Assembly (NCBI GenBank): GCA_000934665.2
Contig: KZ537992.1
Location: 62,001-126,000 of the forward strand
Direction of reading: 5' to 3'
Source: Catajapyx aquilonaris
Taxonomy: Eukaryota
DNA length: 64,000 nt
Shown here: in pieces, positions 24,222 to 38,397 of the stretch
Numbering within the stretch: position 1 is the first letter of the stretch
Layout: each line of letters starts with the position of its first letter
Notes under the pieces: generated by a model
Told to the model about the DNA's origin: nothing
The model's database searches: none
What the model saw: only the letters and a program-made list of their open reading frames with translations
Translations under genes and position numbers: made by a program

Positions 24222-25289
24222 CTACTTTTTGCTCTCCAGCATTTTTCTAGCATACCTGCAGTGAAAGCAAGCTGATCCAGGTGGAGAGCTGACTCCCTTA
24301 CATCTATCATGGAGGTACAAGTTTTCCATGGGATACACCTTAGTACACCACGGCACCATAGGATACTCCCCTAATTTCGCTGCGCCTATACACAGGCTCG
24401 ATAGTTCAGTTTTTTGCAAAAGTTCTCTGACGCTCTGGATATCATGAACTTCCACAGTCTCAGTTAAGATGTCCCTAACGTACACCCTGCATACCAATTT
24501 GTCATCCAGTTTGGTGACCGACACCATCTTCTGTGCGACCACAGGAGCACAAGATATGTACGAATGTTTGCGTATCAATGGCGCATTATTCGCATCCATT
24601 CCAGCTTCAGCGCTTCCAAAATTGGACATGTACGCTGCAAATATAATAGTGTTCGGGTCGTTCTGAAGGTGGTGTTTTGCCCAACCCTTTGCTGGAGGGT
24701 CCAGGGCATGAATGGCCTCGACGGTAACTGCAACGCTTGGTTCCCCTGGGGCTGGATCAGACGCTATGGATATTGTGGCTCTCTTTTTGGGTGGTGACGG
24801 TGTGGAAGGTGTAGATGATGATTGTGCTGATTGGCTATCCTCAAAGCTATCGTCAAGGCTTGGTTCATCTGGGGCTGGTTCAGGTTTAGTTTTTTTCGGT
24901 TTCTTCTTAGGCGGTGCTGGTAGAACACCTCTAGATGCCCGTGACTTACGCTTCTTAGGTACCCGCTTCGTGTAGTGCTTCGGCAGGCTAGGAAACTTGG
25001 TTGGAACCGCATCGTTGGTGAGGGTCACCCTGCCTCTAGGATACAGCACTTCTTTACCACCAATAATGAACGTAAAATTCCTCACTATATGCTGCTCATC
25101 GAAATGCAACTCGCACAACACGCTCGACTCATCCAACTCCTTCTCTTTAAGCGGAATCGCCCTGTTCCACTCTTTCATACGAGCTGGATCTCGTGGCACT
25201 GAGAACAACGTCACATTCCTCTTGCCTTTGAGATTACCGGTTGGACAGCTCGGTATGAAACATCTGGAACTCGGCCATTTCCTACCCAT
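24222..25289 (-). CDS. THAP-domain protein (C2CH zinc finger), probably P-element/THAP9 transposase-derived, lacking the catalytic core
   Basis: CFIPSC...LFSVP..WNRAI..LCELHF..AVPTKFP is the THAP signature including the AVPT box; basic NLS-like stretch; intronless 355-aa ORF; splice acceptor at ~25393 upstream of the ATG. Confidence 0.85.
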   Translation of the reverse strand: MGRKWPSSRCFIPSCPTGNLKGKRNVTLFSVPRDPARMKEWNRAIPLKEKELDESSVLCELHFDEQHIVRNFTFIIGGKEVLYPRGRVTLTNDAVPTKFPSLPKHYTKRVPKKRKSRASRGVLPAPPKKKPKKTKPEPAPDEPSLDDSFEDSQSAQSSSTPSTPSPPKKRATISIASDPAPGEPSVAVTVEAIHALDPPAKGWAKHHLQNDPNTIIFAAYMSNFGSAEAGMDANNAPLIRKHSYISCAPVVAQKMVSVTKLDDKLVCRVYVRDILTETVEVHDIQSVRELLQKTELSSLCIGAAKLGEYPMVPWCTKVYPMENLYLHDRCKGVSSPPGSACFHCRYARKMLESKK

Positions 25290-25394
25290 AGCGGCAAATA
25301 CAAGCTCACACTTGATCCGGTTCAGACTTTGATGTACTAGTTCAGACTTGATTCAGCTTAATCCTGCAGGTTCCAGCAGACACTACACCACCTG

Positions 25395-26070
25395 TAAAGT
25401 AAGTAGAGTAGTAGAGTAAGTAGAGTACGTAAAGTACAGTAGAGTAAGTACAGTAGAGTACGTAAAGTACAGTAGAGTACGTAAAGTACAGTAGAGTACG
25501 TAAAGTACAGTAGAGTACGTAAAGTACAGTAGAGTACGTAAAGTACAGTAGAGTAAGTACAGTAGAGTACGTAAAGTACAGTAGAGTAAGTAGAGTAGAG
25601 TACGTAAAGTAGAGTAGAGTAAGTACAGTACGTAAAGTAGAGTAGAGTAAGTACAGTACGTAGTGTAAGTAGGGCACGTAAGTAGTAGAGTAGACTACTC
25701 TCCTCTCTACTCTACGTACTCTACTTACTCTACTCTACCTGACTCTACGTACTCTACTCTACCAAGAGCTAATGACTCTACGTACTCTACTTACTCTACT
25801 CTACCTGACTCTACGTACTCTACTCTACCACGAGCTAATGACTCTACGTACTCTACTTACTCTACTCTACCTGACTCTACGTACTCTACTCTACCAAGAG
25901 CTAATGACTCTACGTACTCTACTTACTCTACGTACTCTACTACTCTGAGTAATAAGAGTATGTAGAGTAAAGTACTGGTAAAGTAGTAGAGTACGGTACG
26001 TAAAGCAGAGTAGGGTAAGTAATAGAGTAAGTAGTAGAGTAAGTAGTAGAGTACGTAGAGTAAAGTAGAA
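25395..26070. repeat. Low-complexity GTA/GAGTA(C) microsatellite with inverted blocks
   Basis: agtacagtagagtacgtaa repeats and their reverse complement ctctacgtactctac. Confidence 0.9.
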
Positions 26071-26799
26071 GATTAAGTAAAATAAAATACATATGTAAAT
26101 CGAACAAGATAAAAACCTCCATTGCAGATGAGCATGTTCGAATAACTTGCGAGTGTCCTGCCACCTGGCGACCAATTTGAGCAGCACTCGAATCTCTTCG
26201 ATTTTTTTTATGTTAAATTGACCCCTTGTGAAAAGTAAAGGGGCCTTGCAAAAATTGTCACCCGGATAAATCCGGGATCCAAGGTAATAATTTTGGTGTT
26301 AGCAGCAATGCCCTCACTTTACGATCCCTGAGCATTGGCTTCCCCCAAGATAAGGACTGGTTGGACCGAATCGCGTGGATTGCAGGTCATGTTGGGAGAT
26401 CGGATGGTAGGGGTCAGATGCTGGGGGATTGGAATGCTGGAGAGATTTTGTATGGAGTCGTACTGGCCGAATGAGGATGGGGTTTCGGTTGTGGAAGGTC
26501 AATGTGCAATTTGCATTTGCGAATTTGTGCGGACGGTGTCGCCTAAAGGCGCTAAATTTTTGCGAATTTGCGAGTTTCTTGTTGGCGAGTGCAGGTCCAT
26601 CTATCGGCGTTTGAACCAATCAGTGACAATACAGTACTGTATTTATCATCTCATGTTACTTCAAGTTTTAATGCGAATAATTGATATTACCGGAATTAGT
26701 TCATTCATATTTCATTGTTATAAACTGCATTGCTATTAATTGGTTCATTAAATAGTTTAAGTATACTTTTGATAATTATTGTGAGTGTCTATGTATAAA

Positions 26800-27120
26800 T
26801 GCTGTAATTGCTGCAATTGTTTGCTGTACTTGCTGCAATTGTTTGCTGTACTTGCTGCAACAATAATTGCAGCGAGTACAGCCGTTTACAGTAAACAATT
26901 ACACCAAGTACAGCAAACAATTGCAGCAAGTACAGCAAACAATTGCAGCAAGTACGGCAAACAATTGCAGCAAGTACAGCAAACAATTATTGTTTGCTGT
27001 ACTTGCTGTAATTGTTTACTGTAAACGGCTGTACTCGCTCCAATTGTTTGCTGTACTTGCTGTTATTGTTTGCTGTAAACGGCTGTACTCGCTGCAATTG
27101 ATTGCTGTACACTGCTGCAA
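26800..27120. repeat. 22-bp minisatellite with an internal inversion
   Basis: gtttgctgtacttgctgcaatt units and reverse-complement aattgcagcaagtacagcaaac units. Confidence 0.85.
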
Positions 27121-28094
27121 TCGCACATTTGGAGACTACTTGTTGCTCCGCATAATTACACAGTGTACACCAAGCTGATCATACGTTCATCCATGTGGGC
27201 AGTACTGACATCGTAATAATGGGCAAGAATTACTGTCAACAGACGCTAACAATTAAAGAGCTTGTGATGTGAACAGCTCTGTAACGACTTATGTCAGTTG
27301 GATAAAACGAGGGGTTGGGGGAAAAGGGGTTGTAATATTTTAAAACCGTAAGTATGTCCCATAATCAATCTTTATTTGCAGTGACCAGGGCAGTGACATC
27401 GAATACAGCGTGTCATTGAGCATACATGGTACCGTCGTATACAGACAGTGGGTGAACGTACCCGAGAAGTAATACTGGTAGTGAACTGATCAACCCCACT
27501 ACTTTATGATCCCGCGTTTTAAAGCTAACATATGAGACAAAATATATATATATATTTTTAAATATCTGCAAGCTCAAATTGCAATGAGTGCGTGAATGCG
27601 AATGAGAAAGCTGAGCAAGAAGAGAAAAACCTAACATGGGCCAAAAAAAAACATGTAAGCAACAACAACTACTGCCGTTAAAAATTCCCCAGTTGTTACC
27701 ATAGGTTCACAAAAATATTGTTTCTGTGCTAAAGACTACTCTTTGATGCGACAGCCAAGACAATAAGTACCCAACTGGCCTCCTTTTGATCTGATTGTCA
27801 GCATTAAACATTATTTTAAATACGATTTTGGACCACTTTTCTACACACCACGTCAGATCTTCAAAAATAAAATCATCTCAGTCTTGGCAACTATAAGAAA
27901 GGCAATAAGTTCCTTTGATGTTCCCTCATCATTACAAAACTAGTAATTACGTCTAATTTTTCTTGCAGTCAGAATATTATTTGATCATGTACGTGTAATT
28001 ATATCAGTTTTTTTTTCAACACAGTAATGTTGTTCGTAATAATGGGAATCACATGAAATTAAAGCCTACCATAAAAATAACGGTTTCTCGCTAC

Positions 28095-30874
28095 TTAATG
28101 CTCAACCCCGCTGCGAATACCGTTCTCAATCCCATTCGTATATCTGTTGGTATGCTTAGAAGTGGCCTTCTTAATGCCGTTAATGCCAATCTTGTTGTGG
28201 ACGACTCCATTGCTGACTCCGTTGCTGACAACATTGCCGTTGAGATGCGCCACGTTCCTCGGTGCAAATGGCACCTTGACCTTATGCTCCAGGCCGATGT
28301 GGTTGACTGGCGGCAGACCTATGCAAGCACGGAACATGTTCTCGATGCAGGATCTCTGCTTGAAGAGGGCGTTTATGACTGGAGTTCCATGTGGAACAAG
28401 GGGAGCCTTGCAGAGGTAGCTCAGGATGGACATGATGCAATGGAAGCTGTCGTAATCCTTTCTGTCGCCAACCTGTTTCAAGAAACATGTCGGATGAGTA
28501 ATGGCCAACAAAAAATTATTTCGTGCAGACTCACCTTGAAAGAGATTCGCTGGCACACTTCAGCAAGAATGACCAGATCCAAGATGATGGGACTGGCCAG
28601 AAGGGAGTCCTCGCAAGTGTTGTGGATAACGATTGTGTTGTGACCACCCATCATTATCTCGGAAGTGTACTCGTCCATCGCACGCTTGCTGTCACCTGCA
28701 TGAAACATTGTTATTATTTAAAATTCTACCCTTGCAATTATTAAAGCGAGACACTTACCAACATATGGCACGTATTTTATGACAACGCAATGGTCTGGCT
28801 TCTCTCCCTTCTTGTACAAGATCGGATTGGACTCCACCATGTCATCCACAACGTTGCTCTTTGAAATCTCCTTTGACCTGAACTGCTTTGGTGCCGAGAG
28901 GTTCTTCCCGTCGTTGTTTCCCAGATGGTTGTAGCTCACTATAGACACAGGTTTCAGGCCAGCGCTCACCAGGAAGTCGACCAGAACCGACTTGATCTTG
29001 GTCTGCCCAGATTTGAAGTCATCACCGGCGATCGACACACCCTTGCGCTCGGCCAGCTCGATGCAACCAGGTACGAACGTGTTTTGAGGAGAGCCATTGA
29101 TGTACGTGACCTAGAAGGAAAAAATTTAGTCATTTACTTGGGATGTCATTTTGTAACAGAGTTTTTTTAAAAAACAAAGGTAAAACTAACCCCTTCCAAG
29201 ATGCAGGCAACTGCAAAGAGAGTTGACGGGGAGACTTCGCTCTTGTTTTTCCTTATGGATTCCAGCAGCGTATCAGCCGTATCGTTCAATCCTGCCTCGA
29301 CTAGGCTAAATCTCTCCGTGTTGGCAGTCCACAACACGATGACCTTGTCCACTCCCGACTTCTCCTTAAAGTCCCTGATGTCCTTCCTGATCTGATCCAC
29401 CTGCTCCTGCCTAGTGGATGCCTTCATCACGTTGTCAGCTCGGTCAAGTTGGTTGGCAGCGATGAAGTCTGGGTCGTATACGGAAGGACGGGGCACCATG
29501 GAGGCCATGTGGGGACGGAGCTTCTGCTGGAGATCCCACTCCAGCACTTTGGCACGCCCCATCGCATCGGCCAGGTTCATTGAGTTGATGTCCCAACCAT
29601 CGAACTCAATGTCATTAGGGTGGACCATCGGAAGCAAATCCTGGAAACAAAAGGCGATGAAGACAGTCGTAACTCGTAATTCCATAAGTTCTGACCTAAT
29701 AATGAATTTAATTAAAGATTTATCAGTATCACCAAATCCCAACCTTGAATGGAATATGGACATCCCCTTCAGGCCCACTTCCGATGCAGACGGTGGATGC
29801 CTGAGTGAGCGAGCCGTAGTAGTTGGCCGTCAGCTTCCCTTCCTTGGTATTCCAACTTAGCCGCATTCGGTTTGCCAAGACGGAGGCGGTCACAGTCGTG
29901 CCGTTGTTGCCTCCCCATCCCACCAGCATCACTCCAAGCTTGGGGACCGCTCGCTCGGTGCGAAAGTGGAAGCGAGTCTTCTGGGGTGACACCTGGTCAT
30001 GTCAACATGATCAGTAAAATATTATTAAGTGTTCCTTTCTCTTGTTTTGATGGGAGGGAGCCATGCAGAAATTGTATGGCACCATTAAAGCCTAAAGTAT
30101 GCAAGGGAAAGGTGGGCAGGATATGGTGCCACACTTTGCCTCAAGAGCGAGGAGTGTAAAATGTCCATCTAAGCGTTATGATTTATCCGGAACGCCACCC
30201 ATGACTTGAAAATATCAAGCGATAATATTGTGTGTGTATGAAGCATGGAAAAATAGGAAAATGAGGCATCACTTTCCAGAATAATTAGAAGAGAACGACA
30301 GCATGTGTGTAAGTTATATTCGAGGGAAAAAATGTCAAAAGCCTAAAATTATAGCGGCAAAATAAATAATTAAAAAAGGCAATTAACAAAGGAATCCCAA
30401 GACTTACACTACAGGTATCATGGTTCCGTGAAAGGCTAGGATACCATCAACAACCTGCGAACTTGGCGCTTTAATGACAGGTAAACAACAAAATATTAAG
30501 TTAATCACAAACCCAATCAGGACAAGTTGGCCGATAATCCGCAGAAAAATTTAGCATCACATATCATGAAAGGGTTCAAAAGCTGCTAAAAATATACTGC
30601 AAATGATTACTTCAAGGTTTGCCCTACTTGCAATCAACTAATTTTTTTTTGTGTGTATCCATCCAAGACTATCAGTGTTTGCATTTTTTTCTTTTTCTTC
30701 TGATAATATGTGTCTATTATAGAGACAACTTGTCTGGGAAAGCATTCAGTATCTCACCTTCAGCTGATCCCCAACCCGGTCAACTCTGGCGGTGTCGTAG
30801 TCATAGTCGGCTTCAATGTACTTCTCCGTGTACCTCACGTTGGGGCTGTCCACCTTGATCGCAGTACGTTCCAT
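28095..30874 (-). CDS. ISYNA1: Inositol-3-phosphate synthase
   Basis: [79 protein letters not shown]. Exons approx 30874-30758, 29992-29744, 29641-29190, 29110-28759, 28695-28535, 28472-28095. Confidence 0.96.
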
Positions 30875-33800
30875 TTTTTTGATTACTTCAAACGCCCTTC
30901 TCTAGCAGACGGATGTAGTCTGCAAAAACAAGAAAAAGTCATTAATATTGATTGAGAACTATCTATCGACATAGTTGGCAGGGCACCAGAATCAAACATT
31001 TTGACGCAACCCTACCTCAACCAGAAAACTAGTACAAACGAGTATGTCAGCTCTGAATGAAACTGGAGTAAAAAGCAGGATATCTGAAGATGACATAAAA
31101 CTTGTGTGGAATTTGTTTTTGCAACTTATGACAAAAGGTATAATCTTTGAAATAATTAAGTTAGAAAAGGGCGTAACAATGAGCGAAAAAATTATTTTTC
31201 ATAAAATGCACACAAAAAATCGGTCATATTTTGTGTACAGTTATGTACTTTAACATGTTCATTTTGGCACATAAATTCGCCAAAAAGTGTAAGTCTTTTA
31301 AAGCAAATATTACCCACCAAATAGTACCATTGTAACAAAAAAAATACAAGTGTTACAAAATACAAAATTCATTAAATTGAGAGAAAAAAATAGCGTAGAA
31401 GATACAAAAATAATAAACGTGCTGTAAATGCAGACAATTTCACTTAAATGTTGACAACTGCGTTCGGAAAAGTATTTAGCCCAAAAAAATTGAACGATAA
31501 ATTACATATGAAATCCCAAACTGCAAAAAAAAAATCAACAATTTGTCACATATATAAATGTGTTTAATTATTATAAAAAACTCAGCAAAAATGTAGAAAA
31601 AAGGGGCGAGCGCCAGTTCGAAAAAATTACGAAGAAGTCTACATAAAAATTCGACTTCTTCGCAATTTTTTGGACTGGCACAGTCCAAAAAATTGCGAAG
31701 AAGTAATTCCACAGGATATTTGGCTCAGTGTGGAAGCTGCTAGCAAATTTTTTTTTTTTTAAAACACACAATTAGACGAAAAATTACACGAATTCCCGCT
31801 CCAAAAATCCGCAAAGAAATTCAGCAAAAATGTAGAAAAAAAGGGGGATGCGTACCAGTCCAAAAATTTGCGAAGTCTCCAAAAAATGCGATGATTTAGG
31901 CAACTAGAGAGAAAAAGAAAATAAACGAAAAATTATATGAAATCCCACTCCCCCCAAAAAAAAAAAAAAAATGAACAATCTGCCACAGAAAAATGCGTAC
32001 ATGCTCTATTAACAAGCTCAAAAATTCAGCAAAAGTGTCGGCCTACCAGATCAAAAAATTGCGAAGAAGTATCCCAAAATAAAAAAATTTGCGAGGATAT
32101 TAGGCTGAATAATGTGGAAGCAACTAGTGTCTCCTGCTGACTGACTTTGAGTTGTACCTGTGGGGGTCTATTATATAGTCAGTTGGACACTTGGACTATG
32201 AAGTGACGTGTGCAAGACTTCTTCCAGATTCTTCTATATGTCACAAGACCTCTCTTGTGGTCTCCCCTGCCCACAACTCCGAACCTTCCCCTCCATATTC
32301 CTCCTCCAAAATTAATTATTGGTTACATCGACTGTCTTGAGAGGTCCAAGGACACTCTGGTCCACGCTTTAAACACATGCCACAAAAATCCAGAAGGTTC
32401 CTTTAATATACCTACGTACCATGTTGCTGATGACTCAATTTAATTTAATTTAAACAAAATATTTCGCCAGCAAAATGACTTACATATCCGCATTTTTTTA
32501 AGATAACGTTGCGATCCAAATAAAATATTATTGGCTAAAATGTGGGATTGACGCACGTTATGATTTTTATTCGAGATTGGCCAACATTAATATGTGCGTC
32601 AAATAAAAATATTGGTGTCAATGATAAACACTCGAAATTGATTTGCAATAGGACAATGACGCTCTCTTGATATACATTTATATATATATTTTTAAAATTT
32701 TTTATGCCGTCTGGATTGCTGTTGGTGTATGACTTTTCGATATGGGTTTGAGGGCAAACATATTTTAGTCATAGTCTCTATCTGATAATAAAAAAATCAG
32801 CAATGAGTTTACGATAGGTCAAGAACAAAATATAATGTTGTTATGATAGGGGTAAACTATACATACTTGGAAACACCGCTGGGAACATTTAACGACCATT
32901 GAATAGTTTATGCTGAATTTTATATGTCGAAGGTAACATTTGAATAATTATTGTCATCACACTAAAAATAAAAATAATTCAATAACAAAACATTGTTGAG
33001 AACAACAAAATAAATGCAAACCAAGCACACAATTGCTGAGTTCGCACATATGTATAAATAGAATAATTACAGTACCGTACTTAACTAATAATAAATTTTG
33101 TTGCGAAATTTCCTATCACTTATCGATTAAATTGGCCTTGGTAGGTCACTCTGATGGGGAAAATATTTCTCATGACAAACCCAGTCATGAATGAAACTGT
33201 GATAATAATTACAAACAATGAGAGGTAAAACCGTGCCCATAATTACACTTTTAATATTTAAACAGTTGACAAAAGAGGCGACCGATTATTTCCTCGCCCT
33301 TTGTGCCACTTGAAGTTATGGTCACATGCGGTAGGATAGTGACACTTCACACGTGATGTCCACTTTTTAGGCAGAAAATACTAGAACCATGTAGGTCCTG
33401 ACCTTCCAGAAAAGTCGGAAGGAATCGGCCGAAATGTGTATATAGATATTCATGTCGAATTATTGTTTACGCTAGATTAAAAAGGCATGTCAAGTGTAAA
33501 AGATAAAAACGATATCAGTGGAACTTTGACATCCCGAAGGCGTTATCCTTTCCTAGAGAGATTCATTAAATGTTGATGACACCGACTAAAGCTAGACAGA
33601 GAGACGACATTATAAGTAAATTAAAAGTACACAATTAAATCACGATCAGTAGTGTGGATGTTTATTCAGAAAAGAATTTAGCAAGATAACAGTATCAGCA
33701 ACCTCATCTTTTTTTTTTTTCTTGAAACATATTGACACAAAATATATAAAGCAAATTACATAAAGTGATGAAAAGTTATTATGTGAAGGTTAAAATTAAC

Positions 33801-35600
33801 AAGTTATATCCTTCAAGACTTCCCAATAGTTGCTTCATACACGTGCACTGTAATACTACCAGATGCCTTAACATTTTTTAAAAACTTGATTAGTTATCTG
33901 AAAGTCATTCAAAATTTTTGACTCACTGAATGACACAGCAGCAGGTCAACAAAGTATATCAAAAACACTCGTGTCTAAGTCACTGTTTCAAGTACTGAAT
34001 AAATCACAATTCATAATTTATCAACAGTGTACATATACTGCGTACTTGCGCAGAATTTCTGATTCTGTGCATACAAAGTTGACAGCGGACAGATCAATAA
34101 GCTCGATAAGGCACATGCTTTTCATTGTCAGTGAGTTTTACATTTATCTTAATTTTTTCTCTCATCTAATTGTTATAACTTCTGGGATATTTAACTGGCT
34201 GAGCACAAATAAAGTGCGAACAATAAAGAGAGAAGCATTACATGAGTCCTACTTCTTGACCTAATTATTTTTTAGCAGATTTAGCATCGCATGTTTTTTT
34301 TTCTTCAGAACAGTAATTATTCTGCGAGTAATTAAAAATCATCGCATGAGGTTCTATTAATACCGTGTGTCTGAAACCTCAAAGTCCATTTTAAAACGTA
34401 ATAATACTAAGATTATAAAATGTGTCCATGAACCCCACAGAGACCTTAGTAGATATGAAAAATGCTTATTCTGGGTAGATAATAAATATGCTGATAGGTA
34501 GATAATTTCATTATGTCGGTAAAATACATAGTTTGCATTATGATGCATTATATCCAGTACTTCTGGCTTTAAATTAAAACTTTTTTTAAAAAGTGCATAA
34601 AAGTGAATACTAAAAACTTTTAAAAAAAGTGAATAAAAGGCTGCTATGCACTTATTTTCATACCATACTAATCCAGACTCAATTTATTCAAAACTTGCAT
34701 CACTTTTTAAGAAATTATGACCTCTACTAATGTACTTGCATCAATTGCGTTATTATTGACACTGTATCATTCCCATAAGCTGTTGCGTGAGCCGGATTGC
34801 TTTACTTACCGGTACATATAAAGTAAGTAATTCTTCTGTGAGAAATATACATCCAGTGCGATTTCATACGTTATGTAATATTGCAATTATTGTACTGGCA
34901 GCAATTTTCTTCCCTATAAGTACTTACCTCAATGAGGTGTCTTGTTATACTTTGAGCCAAAAGGAACCGTCCTTTGCTTCCACTTCCTACAGCAGAATAT
35001 TTACGTCACCGGGGGACATGTGAGGTACACGAATCGACAGAATAAATAAAGAAGAAGAAGAAGAAAAAGAAAAAAAAGTTGTGGACGCAAGCGCTCTTTA
35101 TACACGGAATCGATCTGTCATCCGGTGGGGTAATACAATCACTCATGCATCACACGGTTCAATGAGAATCCGAGTCATTACGTGTGTCGACATGATTCAT
35201 GTTCATGGGAGAATGGTGACAACTTGGTGACAATTCACACGTGGGAAGACCTAAAAATGTGATAAAAATTTTTCGCGGTATTGGCCGCCATCTTGGAGCA
35301 CTTTGGCAACACCGCATTCCGATTCGAACTTAATACTAATTAACGATGACAATTGCGTGTAAGTTACATTGCTGAAAGTAAACAGATGGTGCGGTTTAAG
35401 TGTTAAATGTAATTAGCTGCGTTTCTAATTAATGCATGTCCGGCAGCCGTTGGGTGATAGGCTGTTTGAATCCGATCCTGCGATTTGATTGGTGCTGATG
35501 TTTCGTGGGCCTGGATGGTGTAAACACGCGGAGGTGCTGCCACCTGTCGAGTGGCAGCATGGCCCACTGCAGTGGCCTTTGATCTTCGGTCGGAAGGGTC

Positions 35601-38397
35601 ATGAGGCGCGTGTTTCGCTGCCTTTTGAACCCAGCCCGGTCCCTCTTCACCCCGGCGAGGAGCCTGCATGTCTCCCAGGAGAGGTAACGGGTCAGCATGG
35701 GGCGAAAAGGAAGGGGGGAAAAAGGGCTGGCTAAAATATAAGGCGGAAGAGTATGTGCCAGCTGTGCAAAAAGAAAGAAAGAAAGAAAAAAATGTAATGT
35801 GAAGGTCGTGGGAACCGGTTTTTAGCTGACGGGCTGCACATGCCATTTGCACGTTTTTATTATGCCTGTTCAATGCCAAGCTTCGTAGAAATTGTTTGGT
35901 TTTACTCTATAGCTGAGACTGGCCTTATGTCATCTTTTAATTACATGTTATGTAATATTATGTACATAATATCCATATAATTGCATGTATAATATGTAAT
36001 CTATATAGCCTACATCAAGAGCTCTTGCCTACATATATGGAAAATACATAATGTATAATATATTATGTATGTGGATCATCATCATCATCACATTCAGGGC
36101 GTTTCCCAAACAGATATGGGGTTGCCAGCAGATATAGAGGAGGTCCTCAATATCCTTGTATGAGTAGTATGACCAAATACATACACGCAAAAAATCTGAA
36201 ACCTGGTCAGGTACTCGCACATAATTTTTAACAGATGTATGTGGATAATATTAATATACACAATATGTATAATATACCAATAATAAAGTAAAATAGCAAT
36301 GAATAATAATTTAAGTAACTGATAAATTTAATTTAATTAATAACGATAAATTTATGGTAAGTAAATTACGTTAATTATGACAATTAATAAATAATGCAGA
36401 TTAATTACGGGTATGACAATAAATAATATTAAATTAATAAGGACCCTATGGACAAATAATAAATTAAGTAAATATTGAGTTAATAATTGCATAAATAAAA
36501 TACATTGAATTAATGCATAAATAAATTAATAAAATAAAATAATTAAGGTACCAGTACATAAATAAAATAATTAGTACATAAATGAAATAATAATTACATA
36601 AATAGATGACATAGTTAATAATTACACAAATAGATGACATAATTAATAATAATTATTAATTATTTCATCTATTTATGTAATTATTCATTATGTATGATAG
36701 TAATTATTACTATTAATGCCAACTATAATCTACATAGTGTATGATGTAGAGAAGTATAATGCATTCTTAAAAACCATGTTGGTTTCTGTGCACTTATTCA
36801 TAACAATAATGCATGTGCTCACTCTGATCTGAATGAACCTTGCATTTCCATTTGTTTGTATTTAATTTGCATTTTATACATTTGAGGATGCTTATTTTTG
36901 TGCACTGTTTGTTGACTGCATCTGATTGCTGTGCTGCTTTTTTGCCATTTCCAGCACGCAAAAGTTGTTGACTCTTCGCAGAGCGAGGGCGCAGATCATC
37001 GATGGGAAGCAGATAGCGAAGGATATCCAGTCCGAGCTGCGAGTGGAGATTGATGCTTGGGTGGCCGCAGGACACCCTCGCCCGCACTTGGCGGCTGTCC
37101 TAGTTGGAGATGATCCTGCCAGTGCCACTTACGTTCGGAGTAAGATGAGTGCGGCTAAGGCAGTGGGGATTAACAGCAAGACCATAAGGAAGCCCAGTAA
37201 CATCACCGAAGCTGAACTTGTCCGTCTAGTCGGGGAGCTGAACCAGGACGAGACAGTTAATGGAATTCTCATTCAAGTAAGGAGCATATTTTTCTAACTG
37301 AATTTTTTTCCTTCGCTGGAGAAGTATTTCGCAGTAATTTGTTATGCTATTCCAGGATCACAATCAAACGTCCTTGCTATTCTGTAATAATGCTATCATT
37401 ATGTGCAAGGCCATAAACATAATTTCTCTTTTATTCACAATAGCCATTACATTCCAAACCTTTTCTATGGATGATATCCCAAAATAGCCATGGATTCTGT
37501 GCCTTTCAATGCCTTTTGTGTCTCGCAGCTGCCGCTACCTGAGCACATAACAGAGAGAGCCATATGCAATGCAGTGTCACCCGAGAAAGATGTGGATGGA
37601 TTCCACATTACCAACGTGGGTCGCTTCTGCCTTGACATGAAGACCTTGCTCCCATGCACTCCGATGGGTGTGCAAGAGCTGATTAGAAGGACTGGGATTC
37701 CTACCTTCGGAAAAAATGCTGTCGTCTGCGGGAGATCCAAGAATGTTGGGATGCCCATTGCCATGCTGCTTCATGCAGATGGACAGGGTACACGACATTT
37801 GCATAAAAAGCCAAAAACCTGTCGTATCTAAAGAACTGCTAATTTTAAGCAAAGTCTAAAATTTGATAAAAGTAAACCTTACATTTTTATGCTTATGATC
37901 AAGGTGAGACTGGCGCAATGGATGCCACTACAACGATCTGCCATCGCCACACGCCTCCCGAGCAGCTGGCAGAGTTCACCAGAAGGGCGGACATTATTGT
38001 CTCTGCGGCCGGAGTGCCGAATCTCATCCGGGCCCATATGGTGAAGCCAGGAGCTTGCATCATTGACGTTGGAATCACACGTGTTAGAGACCATGACACA
38101 GGAGACACTAGACTTGTCGGGGACGTTGATTTTGAAGGTAAAAAAGTGACGACTTGTAGCATTGTTGTTACTGATTGGGATGAATTTGTTGAGCTGATTT
38201 AACCTGCTAAATATTTTCTACTCTCAGGTGTGAGTGAAATAGCAGGCTTCATAACTCCAGTACCAGGTGGAGTTGGTCCCATGACGGTGACGATGCTTAT
38301 GAGAAACACATTTATGGCAGCTAGAAGGGATGTCAGATACAACATTCTGGAGCCGGATGCTGTTCTGCATAAAAAAGCATCGCAGATTAAGCCATAA
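35601..38397 (+). CDS. MTHFD2: Mitochondrial bifunctional methylenetetrahydrofolate dehydrogenase/cyclohydrolase (MTHFD2/Nmdmc)
   Basis: Exon 1 (35601-35683) [25 protein letters not shown] resembles a transit peptide; [60 protein letters not shown]. Confidence 0.95.
36290..36720. repeat. AT-rich low-complexity intronic tract
   Basis: Repeated aattaataa/aaataa. Confidence 0.7.
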
